A stretch of DNA of 64,000 nucleotides from Spirochaetia bacterium (GTDB lineage Bacteria > Spirochaetota > Spirochaetia > SZUA-6 > Bin103). The stretch lies in contig CBDAOI010000001.1 in the NCBI GenBank assembly GCA_965198005.1, positions 96,001-160,000 on the forward strand. Direction: 5' to 3'. Of this stretch, positions 29,846-39,614 are shown in pieces. The notes under the pieces are model-generated. The model searched no databases, was not told where the DNA came from, and saw only the letters and a program-made list of their open reading frames with translations. The stretch's first letter is position 1; each line of letters begins with the position of its first letter. A program made the position numbers and the translations under genes.

Positions 29846-30491
29846 TCAGGCTCGGACCTTCAGTTGTGACTCCATCCAGAAGTACAGAGCATGCAGCCGG
29901 TTGGGGAACCGGTAGCCGCCGCGCACCTCCGGATCGATCTCCAGCGCGCCGAGATTTCTCATGCGCCGCAGGAAGTTGTCCAACACGCGCCGCTCCTCGT
30001 CTTCCAGACGCGCCCCCAGCTCGCCGCGCTGAAATCTCATGCGTAGCGGTTCGCCCGCCATCTTGCGCAGGATCGACCGGTAGCGATCACTGCTCGACCT
30101 CCTCATCCGACCAGGGGGCAATGTCGATCAGGTCGAAGACCCGAGCCAGAGACGGTTGATGGCGAATCAGGTCCTGGCGTCGCTCTTCCAGTCCGACCAC
30201 CAGGAGGCACAGGCGCGTTTCCTGGTCGGAGGTCGCCACTTCATCGACGATGCTCTTCAGCCAGTGTGCGAAGTCCGCCGAGTTCGCCAGCCCATTGATG
30301 TCGTCCAGAATGAGGAGCAGCGACGTGTTGTCTTCCAGAGAGTTCAGAAGCTGGCGCACGGAGCGTATGAAATTGTCCGAAATCGTGCGCAGATCGTCGT
30401 TGCTCAGCCGCTCGATCGCGTCCCGCCGCCCGACGAAGAACTCGGCCGGCACCGGCTGGCCCGGTCGGAATGGGCTGGCTTCAGGCGTCAC
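29846..30491 (-). pseudogene. AAA-family ATPase with internal deletions
   Basis: SPFRPGQPVPAEFFVGR start, no Walker A, LLLILDD Walker B, C-terminal part in another frame. Confidence 0.7.
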
Positions 30492-30654
30492 GCGCTCAGC
30501 TTATGCGACGCGACCGCGGGTGTCGATGGTCACGGCTGCTTCGATTGCCTCGCGTCCCCGCGCCGCTCACACACGGCATTTATGCCGGCTCTTCGACAGA
30601 CATGCAACTACATATCAGTTGCTTGATGCTCGCACCGCGCCCGCGCCGCCGACC

Positions 30655-30810
30655 GCAACCACATCCGAAGCGCCGCTGCTGGCGGTGGCGTGCGGGACGA
30701 CCGCCGAGCAGGTGGAGCGGCTGGTGCGCGGCTGGCGGCGGGTGGACCGGGAGGCAGTGGCGGCCGGCACGGAGTGCACTGCCTCCCAACGGCGCGCCGA
30801 TGCGCTGTGG
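30655..30810 (+). pseudogene. DUF222/HNH endonuclease remnant
   Basis: TAEQVERLVRGWRRVD and QRRADAL motifs, normally far apart, are adjacent. Confidence 0.6.
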
Positions 30811-30849
30811 GGGTTACGAAGTGAGCGAGCCCAAGGGATGTCATTCCAG

Positions 30850-31185
30850 GGCGGTTCACTTCGCGCCGTTCGATGGCGTAGGCCAGTGCGTCCAACGCAT
30901 CGTGCGCCCCTCGCCCCGGTCGAAACCCATAGCTGATCCCGAGAAATTCCTCCTCATAGATCGGAGTCAGGATCACGTCCACGACGGCCTTATGGACAAT
31001 CTTGTCTTCCAGCGCGGCCACCCCCAGCGGTCGTGTGCCCCGTCCGGCTTGTCGATGTCGACCCGCCGTACCGGGGTCGCTCGGTACGCTCCTGTGTGTA
31101 CTCGTCGGTGCAGGTCGTGCAGTCGCCCTTCCAACCCCGTCTCGTACTCCCGCTTGTTCGCCGGCTTCGCCGCTACGGTCATTCC
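30850..31185 (-). mobile_element. Degenerate group II intron / reverse transcriptase fragment
   Basis: LHDLHRRVHTGAYRATPVRRVDIDKPDG-RPLGVAALEDKIV...YEEEFLGISYGFRPGRGAHDAL (RT0-2), frameshifted and truncated before YADD. Confidence 0.88.
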
Positions 31186-31640
31186 TTCCCCCCGGTAGGC
31201 CAACACCGACCGCTCGGCGGACGTCGGGACCTGCCTCACAACTCCACGCTGGGCGGTGGTCGGCCGAGCAACGAATGTGATTGACCGGCAACGCCGGCGG
31301 TGGGTCTTGCCGGCAGTCAGTCGCGGGCGGTCGGTATGCCGGTTGCTCGATGGACCAAGCCGGCGCCGTGCGCGGTGCCGCTGCTCCGCTGGGGAACGCT
31401 AATGTGCGCGCAGGGTCGCACGCGGGGCGATCAGCCGGAGCGGTTAGCGATCTACAGGATGTATGAAAAAGTGTGTGGGGGGGAGGGGGGGCTCCTCACC
31501 ATCAAGCAAGCCCGCCGCGAGCTGATTTTCAGCAATTCGGCCCAACTGCCGAAGTTTTTTCTCGAGCCGACCGAGGGTTGGGTTGGGAGCAATGAGAAAT
31601 GTGAGTTGAGTTAAGTTAAGTTCGAGGCGCCGCCCAGTGA

Positions 31641-32265
31641 TCAGGGGGCAGGTGGGCGGCGCCGACGCTTGGGCGCGGGGCCGAGGACCGCACGCAGAGC
31701 GGCCTCGATATCGTCGACCATGGCGAGTTCCTGCTCGATCAGGCGAATCACCTCCGCGCGGATCGACAGACCGCGGGTGGCGCTGACGGGCCTCCAGACC
31801 CCTGGGGGCACCCCAACAGCAGTGCCAGATAGACGTCTGCGCCGGTATCCAGGAGCAACGGCACGTCGGCGACCCATCTCTCCGCTGTGCACGTTAAGGG
31901 CGATGGCATCAGCAGATCGGAACCGATGCGGCGCAGGCAATCGCATAAAGACCGCATAGGTCTCGGCCAAAGAGTGGGCGGCTACGACCAACTCCTCGTT
32001 GCTGCGCTTTCGGCACTCAATCTCGACACGTGTCCGATCGTGATGTTCATGCTTGTCCACCTCCGCCGCGCGCATGACCGGCTGGTTCGCCTGGGGTACC
32101 GCGACCACGAGAGAGCCGCGGCGTTGCAGGGTGACCGTCAGCGGGACCGGTTCGATCTCCACGTGGCCACCCTGCACGCGAAACTGGACCTCGGTGCCGG
32201 AACGCAGATTGGCTGCTTCGCGAATCGCCTTGGGCACAACGATACGGCCGGCACGGTCACCCACC
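31641..32265 (-). pseudogene. Fused remnants of an AbrB/MazE antitoxin, a PIN toxin and an RHH-like antitoxin
   Basis: DRAGRIVVPKAIRE (AbrB), then HEHH...AHSLAETYAVFMRLP (PIN), then LSIRAEVIRLIEQ (RHH-like) in one reading frame. Confidence 0.65.
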
Positions 32266-32431
32266 GGGGCGGAAGGGGTGCAGGCGTGGTTATAGGCTGG
32301 CCCCATCGGGTCTTTCGGCTCTTGAGTTTTGGGCGAGCTTCTTGCGTCACCAAAGCGTCCGAGGTTTTTCGGATTAACCGCTGCTCCCGCGGAGGTCAAA
32401 CAAGAGACAGCCGTGGCTGCGCCGTGGCGCG

Positions 32432-33451
32432 CTACCGGTATGGACGAACGGGCTCGGTGAGGATGTCGTCGCCGAACCGGAACAGGACCAGTTGGCCGTC
32501 CTCCGCGGCGACGTAGGGAATCGCGAGCGGGCCCCCGGGATGCTTGATCTGCAGGATGGTGCGGTTGCCGGCGGGCGTGATCACCTCGAGCCTGAGGTCG
32601 ACGAGAATCGGGTACTCGGGCAGCGACAACTCCAGCAGGCCGAACACCTGCCCCTCCTCCAGCGCCGCCGGGGCGGTCATCTCAAGCTGCAGGATCGAGC
32701 TGTAGGGGATCTCCTCACCCGCCCGCGGCGACTGCGACACCACGATGCCGGGCGCCTCCCCCGCCCCCGCCTCCGTTACCCGAAACACGAACGGGAGGTT
32801 GATCTCGGCCAGCCGGGCGCGCACCTCGGCGAACGGCTGCGCGACGTAATCCTCCAACACCAGCAGGTCGCCGCGCGGTCCCTTGCTGACCACCAGCTCC
32901 AGCTCGACCGGACCGTCGAGCGGCGTCTCCGGCGCGGGGCTCTGGTCGAGGATGGTGCCGGCCGGGGCGGCGTCGGTGACCCGCGAAACCGGCTGGCGAA
33001 TGGTGATCAGCGCGCGTGAGGAGGCGAACAGCGTCTGCAGCTCCAGCACCACCTCGTCCAGATCGCGGCCGACGTAGTTGGCCACCTGATCGACTATCGG
33101 GCCGCGGCTGACGATCAGCACCACCGGCCGTCCGGCCTTCACCAAGGTGCCCGCGATCGGCTCCTGGTCGATCACCGTCCACTTGGCGTGATCGGCCGAG
33201 AAGCGCGCTTCGACGCGCGGGACCAGCCCTTTTTCCTGCAGCTTCCCGAGCGCCACGAGCAGGTCCTCGGCGGCAACCTGCGGCACCAGGGTCCGTTCCT
33301 CGCCGCGCACCGCAAGGAAGAACGCGCCCAGGGCGCCGGCGATGACCAGACCGAGGATGAACAGAGCGAACAGCACGGCGCGGCCCACGCCGCCGGGCGG
33401 CGCCGGTCGGGGCGGTGACGAATCGGGGATGTGGTCAGTCGCAGGCGGCAT
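32432..33451 (-). CDS. PASTA domain-containing membrane protein
   Basis: N-terminal TM and repeated PASTA units (VIDQEP, ILDQSP, VVSQSP). Confidence 0.85.
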   Translation of the reverse strand: MPPATDHIPDSSPPRPAPPGGVGRAVLFALFILGLVIAGALGAFFLAVRGEERTLVPQVAAEDLLVALGKLQEKGLVPRVEARFSADHAKWTVIDQEPIAGTLVKAGRPVVLIVSRGPIVDQVANYVGRDLDEVVLELQTLFASSRALITIRQPVSRVTDAAPAGTILDQSPAPETPLDGPVELELVVSKGPRGDLLVLEDYVAQPFAEVRARLAEINLPFVFRVTEAGAGEAPGIVVSQSPRAGEEIPYSSILQLEMTAPAALEEGQVFGLLELSLPEYPILVDLRLEVITPAGNRTILQIKHPGGPLAIPYVAAEDGQLVLFRFGDDILTEPVRPYR

Positions 33452-33459
33452 GGTGCGAG

Positions 33460-34395
33460 CTACGATCCGAGGCGCGCATGCGCGATGGCGCGCTGGCCGT
33501 TGGCGAAGGCCAGCCAGTCGACCGGCTTTCTGCCTTCAAGCTGCAGGCGGCGCAGCCACAGGCCGTGCCGCCCCGTGTGTACCAGAATCCCCCGGCGCCT
33601 GTCCACTCCGCCGACCCGTCCCGGCACCTCGCCGGCAGCGCCGGCCGCCTCGGTCGCCACCGACGCCTCAAGAATCACCAGACGCCGGCCGTTCCAGGTG
33701 GTGTACGCGCGCGGCCACGGATCGTACGCCCGCACCGCCCGCTCGATGGCGCGCGCCGGCCGGCTCCAGTCGATCAGTCCAGCCTCCTTCGTCAGCAACG
33801 GGCAGTAGGTGGCGTCGGCCTCCGCCTGCGGCCGGCCCGCGACCGTACCCGTCGCGCAGGCGTCGACCACCTCCCACAGCAACGCCGCGCCCAGCCGGGC
33901 CAGCCGGGCCGTGAGCGTCGCCGTGGTCTCGGTGCCGTCCAGCGCGACTTCGGTCTGCGCCAGGATGTCGCCGGCGTCCATCGCCGCGGCCAGGCGCTGC
34001 ACCGTCACCCCGGTGCGCGCCGCGCCGGCCAGAATGGCAGCCGGCATCGGCGCGGGGCCGCGCAACTGCGGGAGCAGTGACGGATGCAGATTGACGCCGC
34101 CGCGGCCGAACACCGTCAGGAAGTAGGGCCGGAAGATCTTGCCGTAGGCCACGGCCACCAGCAGGTCCGGCCGCAGCCGCGCCACCTCGGCGCTGAAGCG
34201 GCGGCCGATCAACTCCGGCTGCAGCACGGTGAGGCCGCGCGCCTGGGCCGCCCGCTTCACCGGCGAGGCCCGCGTGACGCCGCCGCGCCCGGCCGGCCGG
34301 TCGGGCGCCGTGAGGACCGCGCACAGCTCGGCGTCGCCGAGCACCGCCAGCGCCGGCAGCGCGAACTCCGGTGTACCCGCAAACACGATGCGCAT
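33460..34395 (-). CDS. fmt: Methionyl-tRNA formyltransferase
   Basis: FAGTPEFA, NLHPSLLP, MDAGDI and PWP motifs. Confidence 0.95.
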   Translation of the reverse strand: MRIVFAGTPEFALPALAVLGDAELCAVLTAPDRPAGRGGVTRASPVKRAAQARGLTVLQPELIGRRFSAEVARLRPDLLVAVAYGKIFRPYFLTVFGRGGVNLHPSLLPQLRGPAPMPAAILAGAARTGVTVQRLAAAMDAGDILAQTEVALDGTETTATLTARLARLGAALLWEVVDACATGTVAGRPQAEADATYCPLLTKEAGLIDWSRPARAIERAVRAYDPWPRAYTTWNGRRLVILEASVATEAAGAAGEVPGRVGGVDRRRGILVHTGRHGLWLRRLQLEGRKPVDWLAFANGQRAIAHARLGS

Positions 34396-34498
34396 CGCCT
34401 GAACCAACGTCTGAGGCGCCGTCCCGATGGGCCACGGCGGTGGGGCGGCCCTGCCGGTCCACGCCCCGAGGAACCTGCCGCGTGCCCGCGCGGAACGG

Positions 34499-35038
34499 CT
34501 AATCCTGCTCCGGTTCCTGCTCCGGTTCCTGCGCCGGATCGCCCGCGGCCGCCTCCGCGGAGAGTTCCGCGTACTCCCGCAGCACCCGCTCGCGTTCCGC
34601 CGCGCTCAGGCGGTCGATGAACAGCACCCCGTTCAGATGATCCAGCTCGTGCTGGATCACCCGCGCCAACATCCCCTCTGCCGCAACGGTAAAGCGGCGC
34701 CCGCGACGATTGAATGCCTGCACCCGTACCGCCGCCGCGCGCTCGACGTCGGCGCGCACCCCGGGGATGCTCAGGCACCCCTCCTCCGCGGCCTCGGTCT
34801 CGATGCTGGTGCCGACGATCTCGGGATTGATGAACACCCGTTCGCGGTCTTCCGGGGCCTTGGTCACGAACATGCGAACCGGGCGCCCCACCTGGGGGGC
34901 AGCGAGGCCGATCCCCTCCTTCTCATGCATCGTCGCGATCATCTCGTCTGCCAGCCGGCGCTGCCCCTCGCCGACCTCCGCCACCGGATCGGCGCGCCGG
35001 TGCAGCATGGGATCATCCAGCGTGAGTACCTCCAGCAT
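34499..35038 (-). CDS. def: Peptide deformylase
   Basis: GIGLAAPQVG, EGCLS and QHELDHL motifs. Confidence 0.96.
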   Translation of the reverse strand: MLEVLTLDDPMLHRRADPVAEVGEGQRRLADEMIATMHEKEGIGLAAPQVGRPVRMFVTKAPEDRERVFINPEIVGTSIETEAAEEGCLSIPGVRADVERAAAVRVQAFNRRGRRFTVAAEGMLARVIQHELDHLNGVLFIDRLSAAERERVLREYAELSAEAAAGDPAQEPEQEPEQD

Positions 35039-35121
35039 CGGGCCCTAAGTATAAGTATACCGCGCATGCGGCCGGCAGCGCTCGGCTCAGCGCATCGACT
35101 CCACGCTGACGCCGGCCGGCG

Positions 35122-35325
35122 TCAGCCGTCGGCCACCTCGAACGCCGTCACGTTACGCGCCTCGCGGCTGAACTCCACCCCGATCAGGTGGATCGGCTGC
35201 CCCTTGCCGAGACCGGCTGCCCCCCATCTGGATCGGCTCGCCCCGCCCCCGGTACTTCGCGGCGTAGTCCCGCTCCCGCAACTGCGCCAGGGCCGATCCC
35301 GGCGACGCCATCTCGACCACCTTGC
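35122..35325 (-). pseudogene. C-terminal fragment of a PD-(D/E)XK nuclease domain (AAA-ATPase-associated)
   Basis: KVVE...ALAQLRERDYAAKY...PIHLIGVEFS. Confidence 0.7.
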
Positions 35326-35612
35326 CTGGGCGCCGAACACGTACCAGCGTCCCCAGCGCGCGAGCACCTTTGACAGTGCGGTCAGGAGTTCAACTGCGGC
35401 GGGCGGAAGCGGCACGCGTAAATAGTTCGGCCAAGCGCACGTGAGCGAGAAGGTCCTGTTTGCGGGCGGCCGCATCGGGCCACTCCGGATTGTGCAGCAA
35501 TGCCTGTTTGCGCAGCTCGTCGGCAATGCGCAGACCTTCCAGCGGCCCGTAACGGGCGATGCGCTCGGCCCAATAGGTGTCCTTGGCAGCGCGCGCCGTT
35601 TGCCAGTCACGA
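35325..35612 (-). pseudogene. Truncated two-gene module: small helical protein and N-terminus of a nucleotidyltransferase
   Basis: AAKDTYWAERIARYGPLEGLRIADELR overlapping VPLPPAAVELL...WYVFGAQA, cut off at the G-A-x-A motif. Confidence 0.55.
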
Positions 35613-35771
35613 GCCGGAGGTCTTGCCGGTCTGCCGGGGCGCGTGCAGCACGAAGTGCCGCATGTCCCGGACCAGCCCGAGCACCCGGTCCACGTCGTCC
35701 AGCCGCGCCAGCGGCGGAATGCAGTAGTGCACGTCGGGGCGGACCGGGCCTTCCGTGTTGAATCTGCGCAC
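35613..35771 (-). pseudogene. N-terminal fragment of an AAA-like ATPase
   Basis: MRRFNTEGPVRPDVHYCIPPLARL...FVLHAPRQTGKTS, ending just after Walker A. Confidence 0.75.
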
Positions 35772-35964
35772 CGCCACACACCTCAGCCGAACATTTTGTT
35801 TACCACCACCGCGGTGGCGACGATCGCAGCATACACCGATTGGGATGGTAGCGCCGCGCCGGCACGGGTCGTGTGCATGCTGGCGATACGGAACACAACG
35901 GTGCCATGCGACACTGGCCTACGCGCTCGAAACGCCAAGCAGGTAAGCTGGCACACACGTCACG

Positions 35965-37962
35965 TCACAAGACCGAGACCGGATCGATGTCTACTTCGAG
36001 GTAGACGCCGGGCGGCGGCTTGAACGAGAGATAGGTGCGCTTGAGCCAGGCGTGGAGCGGGCCCAGGGTGGGGTGTCGCAGCAGCAGGTGATAACGGTAG
36101 TTGCCGGCGATGCGCTCGAGCGGGCATTCGACCGGGCCGAGCAGCTCGGGGGCGGCCTCGGTGGAGGCGGCGGCGGGGCGCGCCCGGAGCAACTGGTCGG
36201 CAAACCGGTCGGCGGCGGCCTCCGCCCGTTGCCGGTTGCGCGCGCGGAACACGACCCGGATCATGCGCACGAACGGGGGAAACCGCAGCTCGCGGCGCAG
36301 GGCCAGCTCGCGGCGGTAGAACTCTTCGGACCGGCCTTCGACGGCGAGCCGGATGGCGTGGCGGTTGGCGCTGTAGGTCTGCACGAACACCCGGCCGTCA
36401 GGCAGCGTGCGGCCGGCGCGGCCCGAGACCTGGACGATCAGGTTGAAGGTGCGCTCGGCAGCGCGGAAGTCGGGCAGATGCAGGCCGGTGTCGGCGTTGA
36501 CGATGCCGACCAGCCGGACCGCCGGAAAGTCGAGTCCCTTGGCCACCATCTGGGTCCCGACCAGCACGTCCACCGCCCGGTCGCGGAACTGCTTCAGCAC
36601 CGCCCGCAGCTCGCGCCGACTGCGCAGGGCGTCGGTGTCGAGCCGGCGCACGCGCAGCCCCGGCAGCGCCGCCTGCAACTCCTCCTCGACCCGCTGCGTC
36701 CCGTAGCCCACCGCGCCGACGTCGACCGAGGAGCACTCCGGGCACGCCCGGATCGGACTGGTCCGGTAGCCGCAGTAGTGGCACAGCATGGTGCCCCCGG
36801 CCTTGTGGTAGGTGAGACTGACCGAGCAGTGGATACAGGTCATCTCGTACCCGCAGCTCCGGCACCGGTAGAGGTAGGCGAAGCCGCGCCGGTTGAGGAA
36901 CATGATGGTCTGGCGGCCGGCGGCGGCGGTCGCCCGGATCTCCGCCAGCAGCCGCGGCGAGAGCGGCCCCGCCACTCCCTTCATCTCCACTACCTCGATC
37001 GCCGGCATGCGGCCGCGGCCGGGACGACGGGTCAGCTCGAGCCGCTGCAGGAAGCCGCCCTGCATGTGATGCAGCGCCTCCAGCGACGGGGTCGCGCTGC
37101 CCATCACCAGCGTGGCTCCCTCCTGCGCGCAGCGGTGCAGCGCCACTTGGCGGGCGTGATAGCGGGGCGTGGAGCTGGACTTGTAGGAGGCTTCGTGCTC
37201 CTCGTCGAGCACGATCAGCCCGAGGTCGTGCAGCGGCGCGAACACCGCGCTGCGGGCGCCGATCACCACCCGTGCGGCCCCGGCGCGGATCCGGCGCCAC
37301 TGCTGCAGCCGCTGCGACGGAGTCAGCGCGGAGTGGATTACCGCCACCTGCTCGCCGAATACGTCGCTGAACTGGTCAACCACCTGGTGCGTCAGGGAAA
37401 TCTCCGGCACCAGGTAGATCACCCCACGTCCGGCCGCGACCGTGCGCCGCGCCGCGTCCAGGAACACCGCGGTCTTGCCCGAACCGGTCACGCCGCGCAG
37501 GTAGAACCGCCGCGCCGCCGCCCCGGGCCCGCCGCCGCGCCGCTCCAGGTGCCCGGTAATTGCCGCCACCGCAAGCTGTTGTTCTTCAGTGAGCGAGTGC
37601 TCGCTCCAGCTCTCCGCCCCGGCCTCGAGGTCGTCGGCTAGGGTTGCCCGCCGCCCGGAGGGGAGCATCGCGCCCAGCGCCTCGCCGAGCGCGCACAGGT
37701 AGGTGTTCCCCACCCAGCGCGCCAGCTCGAGGAACTGCGCGTCGAACAACGGCTCCTCGTCCACCCGGCGCACGATGGCGCGCAGCTCCAGCCCTGCGGG
37801 AGCGCGCGACCCCACTCCCACCACGAACCCGGTCAGGCGCCGCCGGCCGAACGGCGCGACCACGCGCACACCGCACTCGGTCCGGCCATCGTCGTCGAGG
37901 TCGAGGTAAGTAAAGGTGCGGCGCACCGGCACGTTGAAGGCCAGCTCCAGGTAGCGCGGCAC
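35965..37962 (-). CDS. priA: Primosomal protein N'
   Basis: GVTGSGKT, DEEH, Zn-finger cysteine pairs and GTQMVAKGLDFP. Confidence 0.96.
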   Translation of the reverse strand: MPRYLELAFNVPVRRTFTYLDLDDDGRTECGVRVVAPFGRRRLTGFVVGVGSRAPAGLELRAIVRRVDEEPLFDAQFLELARWVGNTYLCALGEALGAMLPSGRRATLADDLEAGAESWSEHSLTEEQQLAVAAITGHLERRGGGPGAAARRFYLRGVTGSGKTAVFLDAARRTVAAGRGVIYLVPEISLTHQVVDQFSDVFGEQVAVIHSALTPSQRLQQWRRIRAGAARVVIGARSAVFAPLHDLGLIVLDEEHEASYKSSSTPRYHARQVALHRCAQEGATLVMGSATPSLEALHHMQGGFLQRLELTRRPGRGRMPAIEVVEMKGVAGPLSPRLLAEIRATAAAGRQTIMFLNRRGFAYLYRCRSCGYEMTCIHCSVSLTYHKAGGTMLCHYCGYRTSPIRACPECSSVDVGAVGYGTQRVEEELQAALPGLRVRRLDTDALRSRRELRAVLKQFRDRAVDVLVGTQMVAKGLDFPAVRLVGIVNADTGLHLPDFRAAERTFNLIVQVSGRAGRTLPDGRVFVQTYSANRHAIRLAVEGRSEEFYRRELALRRELRFPPFVRMIRVVFRARNRQRAEAAADRFADQLLRARPAAASTEAAPELLGPVECPLERIAGNYRYHLLLRHPTLGPLHAWLKRTYLSFKPPPGVYLEVDIDPVSVL

Positions 37963-38009
37963 CCGTCAGCTCCAGGTCGTGGCGGGCGGCGGCACCCGGC
38001 GCGCGGGCG

Positions 38010-38810
38010 TCACGCGGAGCCGTCGGTGAGGATGCGCGCCACCATCCGCAGGTCGTCCCAGACCGCGCGCCGCAGCGACGGATTGCGCAGCACGCCGCTC
38101 GGGTGATAGGTGGTCACCAGCGGCAGTTCTTCCGCCAGCCCCGGTACTCGGTACCGGTAGACCTGGCCGCGCAGCGCGCCCATGAGGGCGTCGCTCCCGG
38201 TCAGCAACTGGCTCGCGATGCGCCCCACGGTGAGCAGCGCCCGTGGGCGCAGCAGCCGGATCTGACGCTGCAGGAACGGCCGGCAGGCGTTCGCTTCGTC
38301 CGGCAGCGGGTCCCGGTTGTTGGGCGGGCGGCACTTCACCACGTTGGTGATGAAACAGCTCTCGGTGCGGCTGAGGTTGATCGCCGCCAGCCAGCGGTCC
38401 AGATACTGGCCGGCCGGACCGACGAACGGCCGCCCGGTCCGGTCCTCGCCGTGCCCCGGCCCCTCGCCGATCACCATCAGCCGCGGGCGCGGCACCCCCT
38501 CGCCCGGCACGGTGCGGGTGCGCCGTTCACACAGTCCGCAGGCCCGGCACCGCGCCACCTCGCGCGCCACCGCCGCCAGAGAATCGGCCTGACCGGCGGC
38601 TGCCGGGGTCGCTGCCGGCGTGCCTTCCGTGTCTGCCGCCGGCGCCCCCTGCCCCGCCGGCGCGGGGGCGCGCTGCCGCCCGGCGGTCGCAGCCGTGGCC
38701 GCCGCCGGCGGCAAACGGACGGGCGGCGGCGGCCCCGCCGTGCGCTCGCCGGTGGTGTAGTAGTCTTCCAGCAGCGTCAGCAGCCGCCAGAACCGCTGGT
38801 CGCGCGTCAT
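38010..38810 (-). CDS. Uracil-DNA glycosylase family 4
   Basis: CRACGLC, GEGPG, GRPFVG, NVVKCRPP and YHPS motifs. Confidence 0.92.
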   Translation of the reverse strand: MTRDQRFWRLLTLLEDYYTTGERTAGPPPPVRLPPAAATAATAGRQRAPAPAGQGAPAADTEGTPAATPAAAGQADSLAAVAREVARCRACGLCERRTRTVPGEGVPRPRLMVIGEGPGHGEDRTGRPFVGPAGQYLDRWLAAINLSRTESCFITNVVKCRPPNNRDPLPDEANACRPFLQRQIRLLRPRALLTVGRIASQLLTGSDALMGALRGQVYRYRVPGLAEELPLVTTYHPSGVLRNPSLRRAVWDDLRMVARILTDGSA

Positions 38811-39571
38811 GCCTCAATCTCCGGAGGGTACCACACCCGCTCCAGGAACAGGCCGCGCGCCGGCGCGGTCTGACCGGCGTCGGCCCGGGTACGCTGCTCC
38901 AGCAGCCGCGCCACCTCCGCCGCCGGCGCGCCCGCCGCCGCCATCCCCAACAGGGTGCCGAGCATGCTGCGCACCATCTTCCAGAGAAACGAAGTGGCCA
39001 CGATCCGGAACACCACGAACGGCGCGCGCGGGTAGAACCCGGCGCTGAGCACCCGCCGGACCTTGGACGCACTGCCGTCCCCGGCGGCCGCGAACACCGA
39101 AAAGTCGCGCTCCCCGACCAGATAGCCCGCGGCCCGGTTCAGGTACCTCAAGTCCGGACGCTGACGCACCTGCAGACAGTAGCGCCGCAGATGCGGCAGG
39201 TTGGTGTCCGCGGGCAGGAGCTGGTAGTGGTAGGCGCGCGCCAGCGCCGAGCGGCGGCTGTGGAACCACGCCGGCACCGGCCGGGCGGCACGCACGCGGA
39301 CATCCGGCGGCAGGTAGGAGTTGATCGCGACCGCCCAGCGGCCGGCGGGAAAATCGGCCGGCCCGACGAAGTTGGCCACTTGGCCCACCGCGTGCACCCC
39401 GGCGTCGGTACGGCCGGCGGCGCGCACCCGCACCGAGGTCTTGAGCATGCGGGCCAGCGCCGCTTCCAGCACTCCCTGCACGGTGCGTTGCTCGCGCTGC
39501 ACCTGCCATCCGGCGAAGTCGGTGCCGTCGTAGGCGATGGCGAGCTTGAGGTTGACGCCGCCGCCGCTCAT
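38807..39571 (-). CDS. truA: tRNA pseudouridine(38-40) synthase
   Basis: YDGTDFAGWQ, GRTDAGVHA and FLWKMVR motifs. Confidence 0.95.
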   Translation of the reverse strand: MSGGGVNLKLAIAYDGTDFAGWQVQREQRTVQGVLEAALARMLKTSVRVRAAGRTDAGVHAVGQVANFVGPADFPAGRWAVAINSYLPPDVRVRAARPVPAWFHSRRSALARAYHYQLLPADTNLPHLRRYCLQVRQRPDLRYLNRAAGYLVGERDFSVFAAAGDGSASKVRRVLSAGFYPRAPFVVFRIVATSFLWKMVRSMLGTLLGMAAAGAPAAEVARLLEQRTRADAGQTAPARGLFLERVWYPPEIEA

Positions 39572-39614
39572 CGCGCCTGCCGCCGCAGCCGCGCCGGCGC
39601 CGGCACCGGCACGG

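Noticed and set aside
30850-31185. RT fragment as a retron, DGR or defence RT
   Set aside because: Motifs are group II intron-type, the catalytic YADD region is absent, and no TR/VR pair or msr-msd was seen
31450-31625. Lower-GC stretch with a G7-A-G7 tract and an IS-end-like caggatgtatgaaaaagt
   Set aside because: No matching second end, transposase or clearly associated gene; no function can be supported
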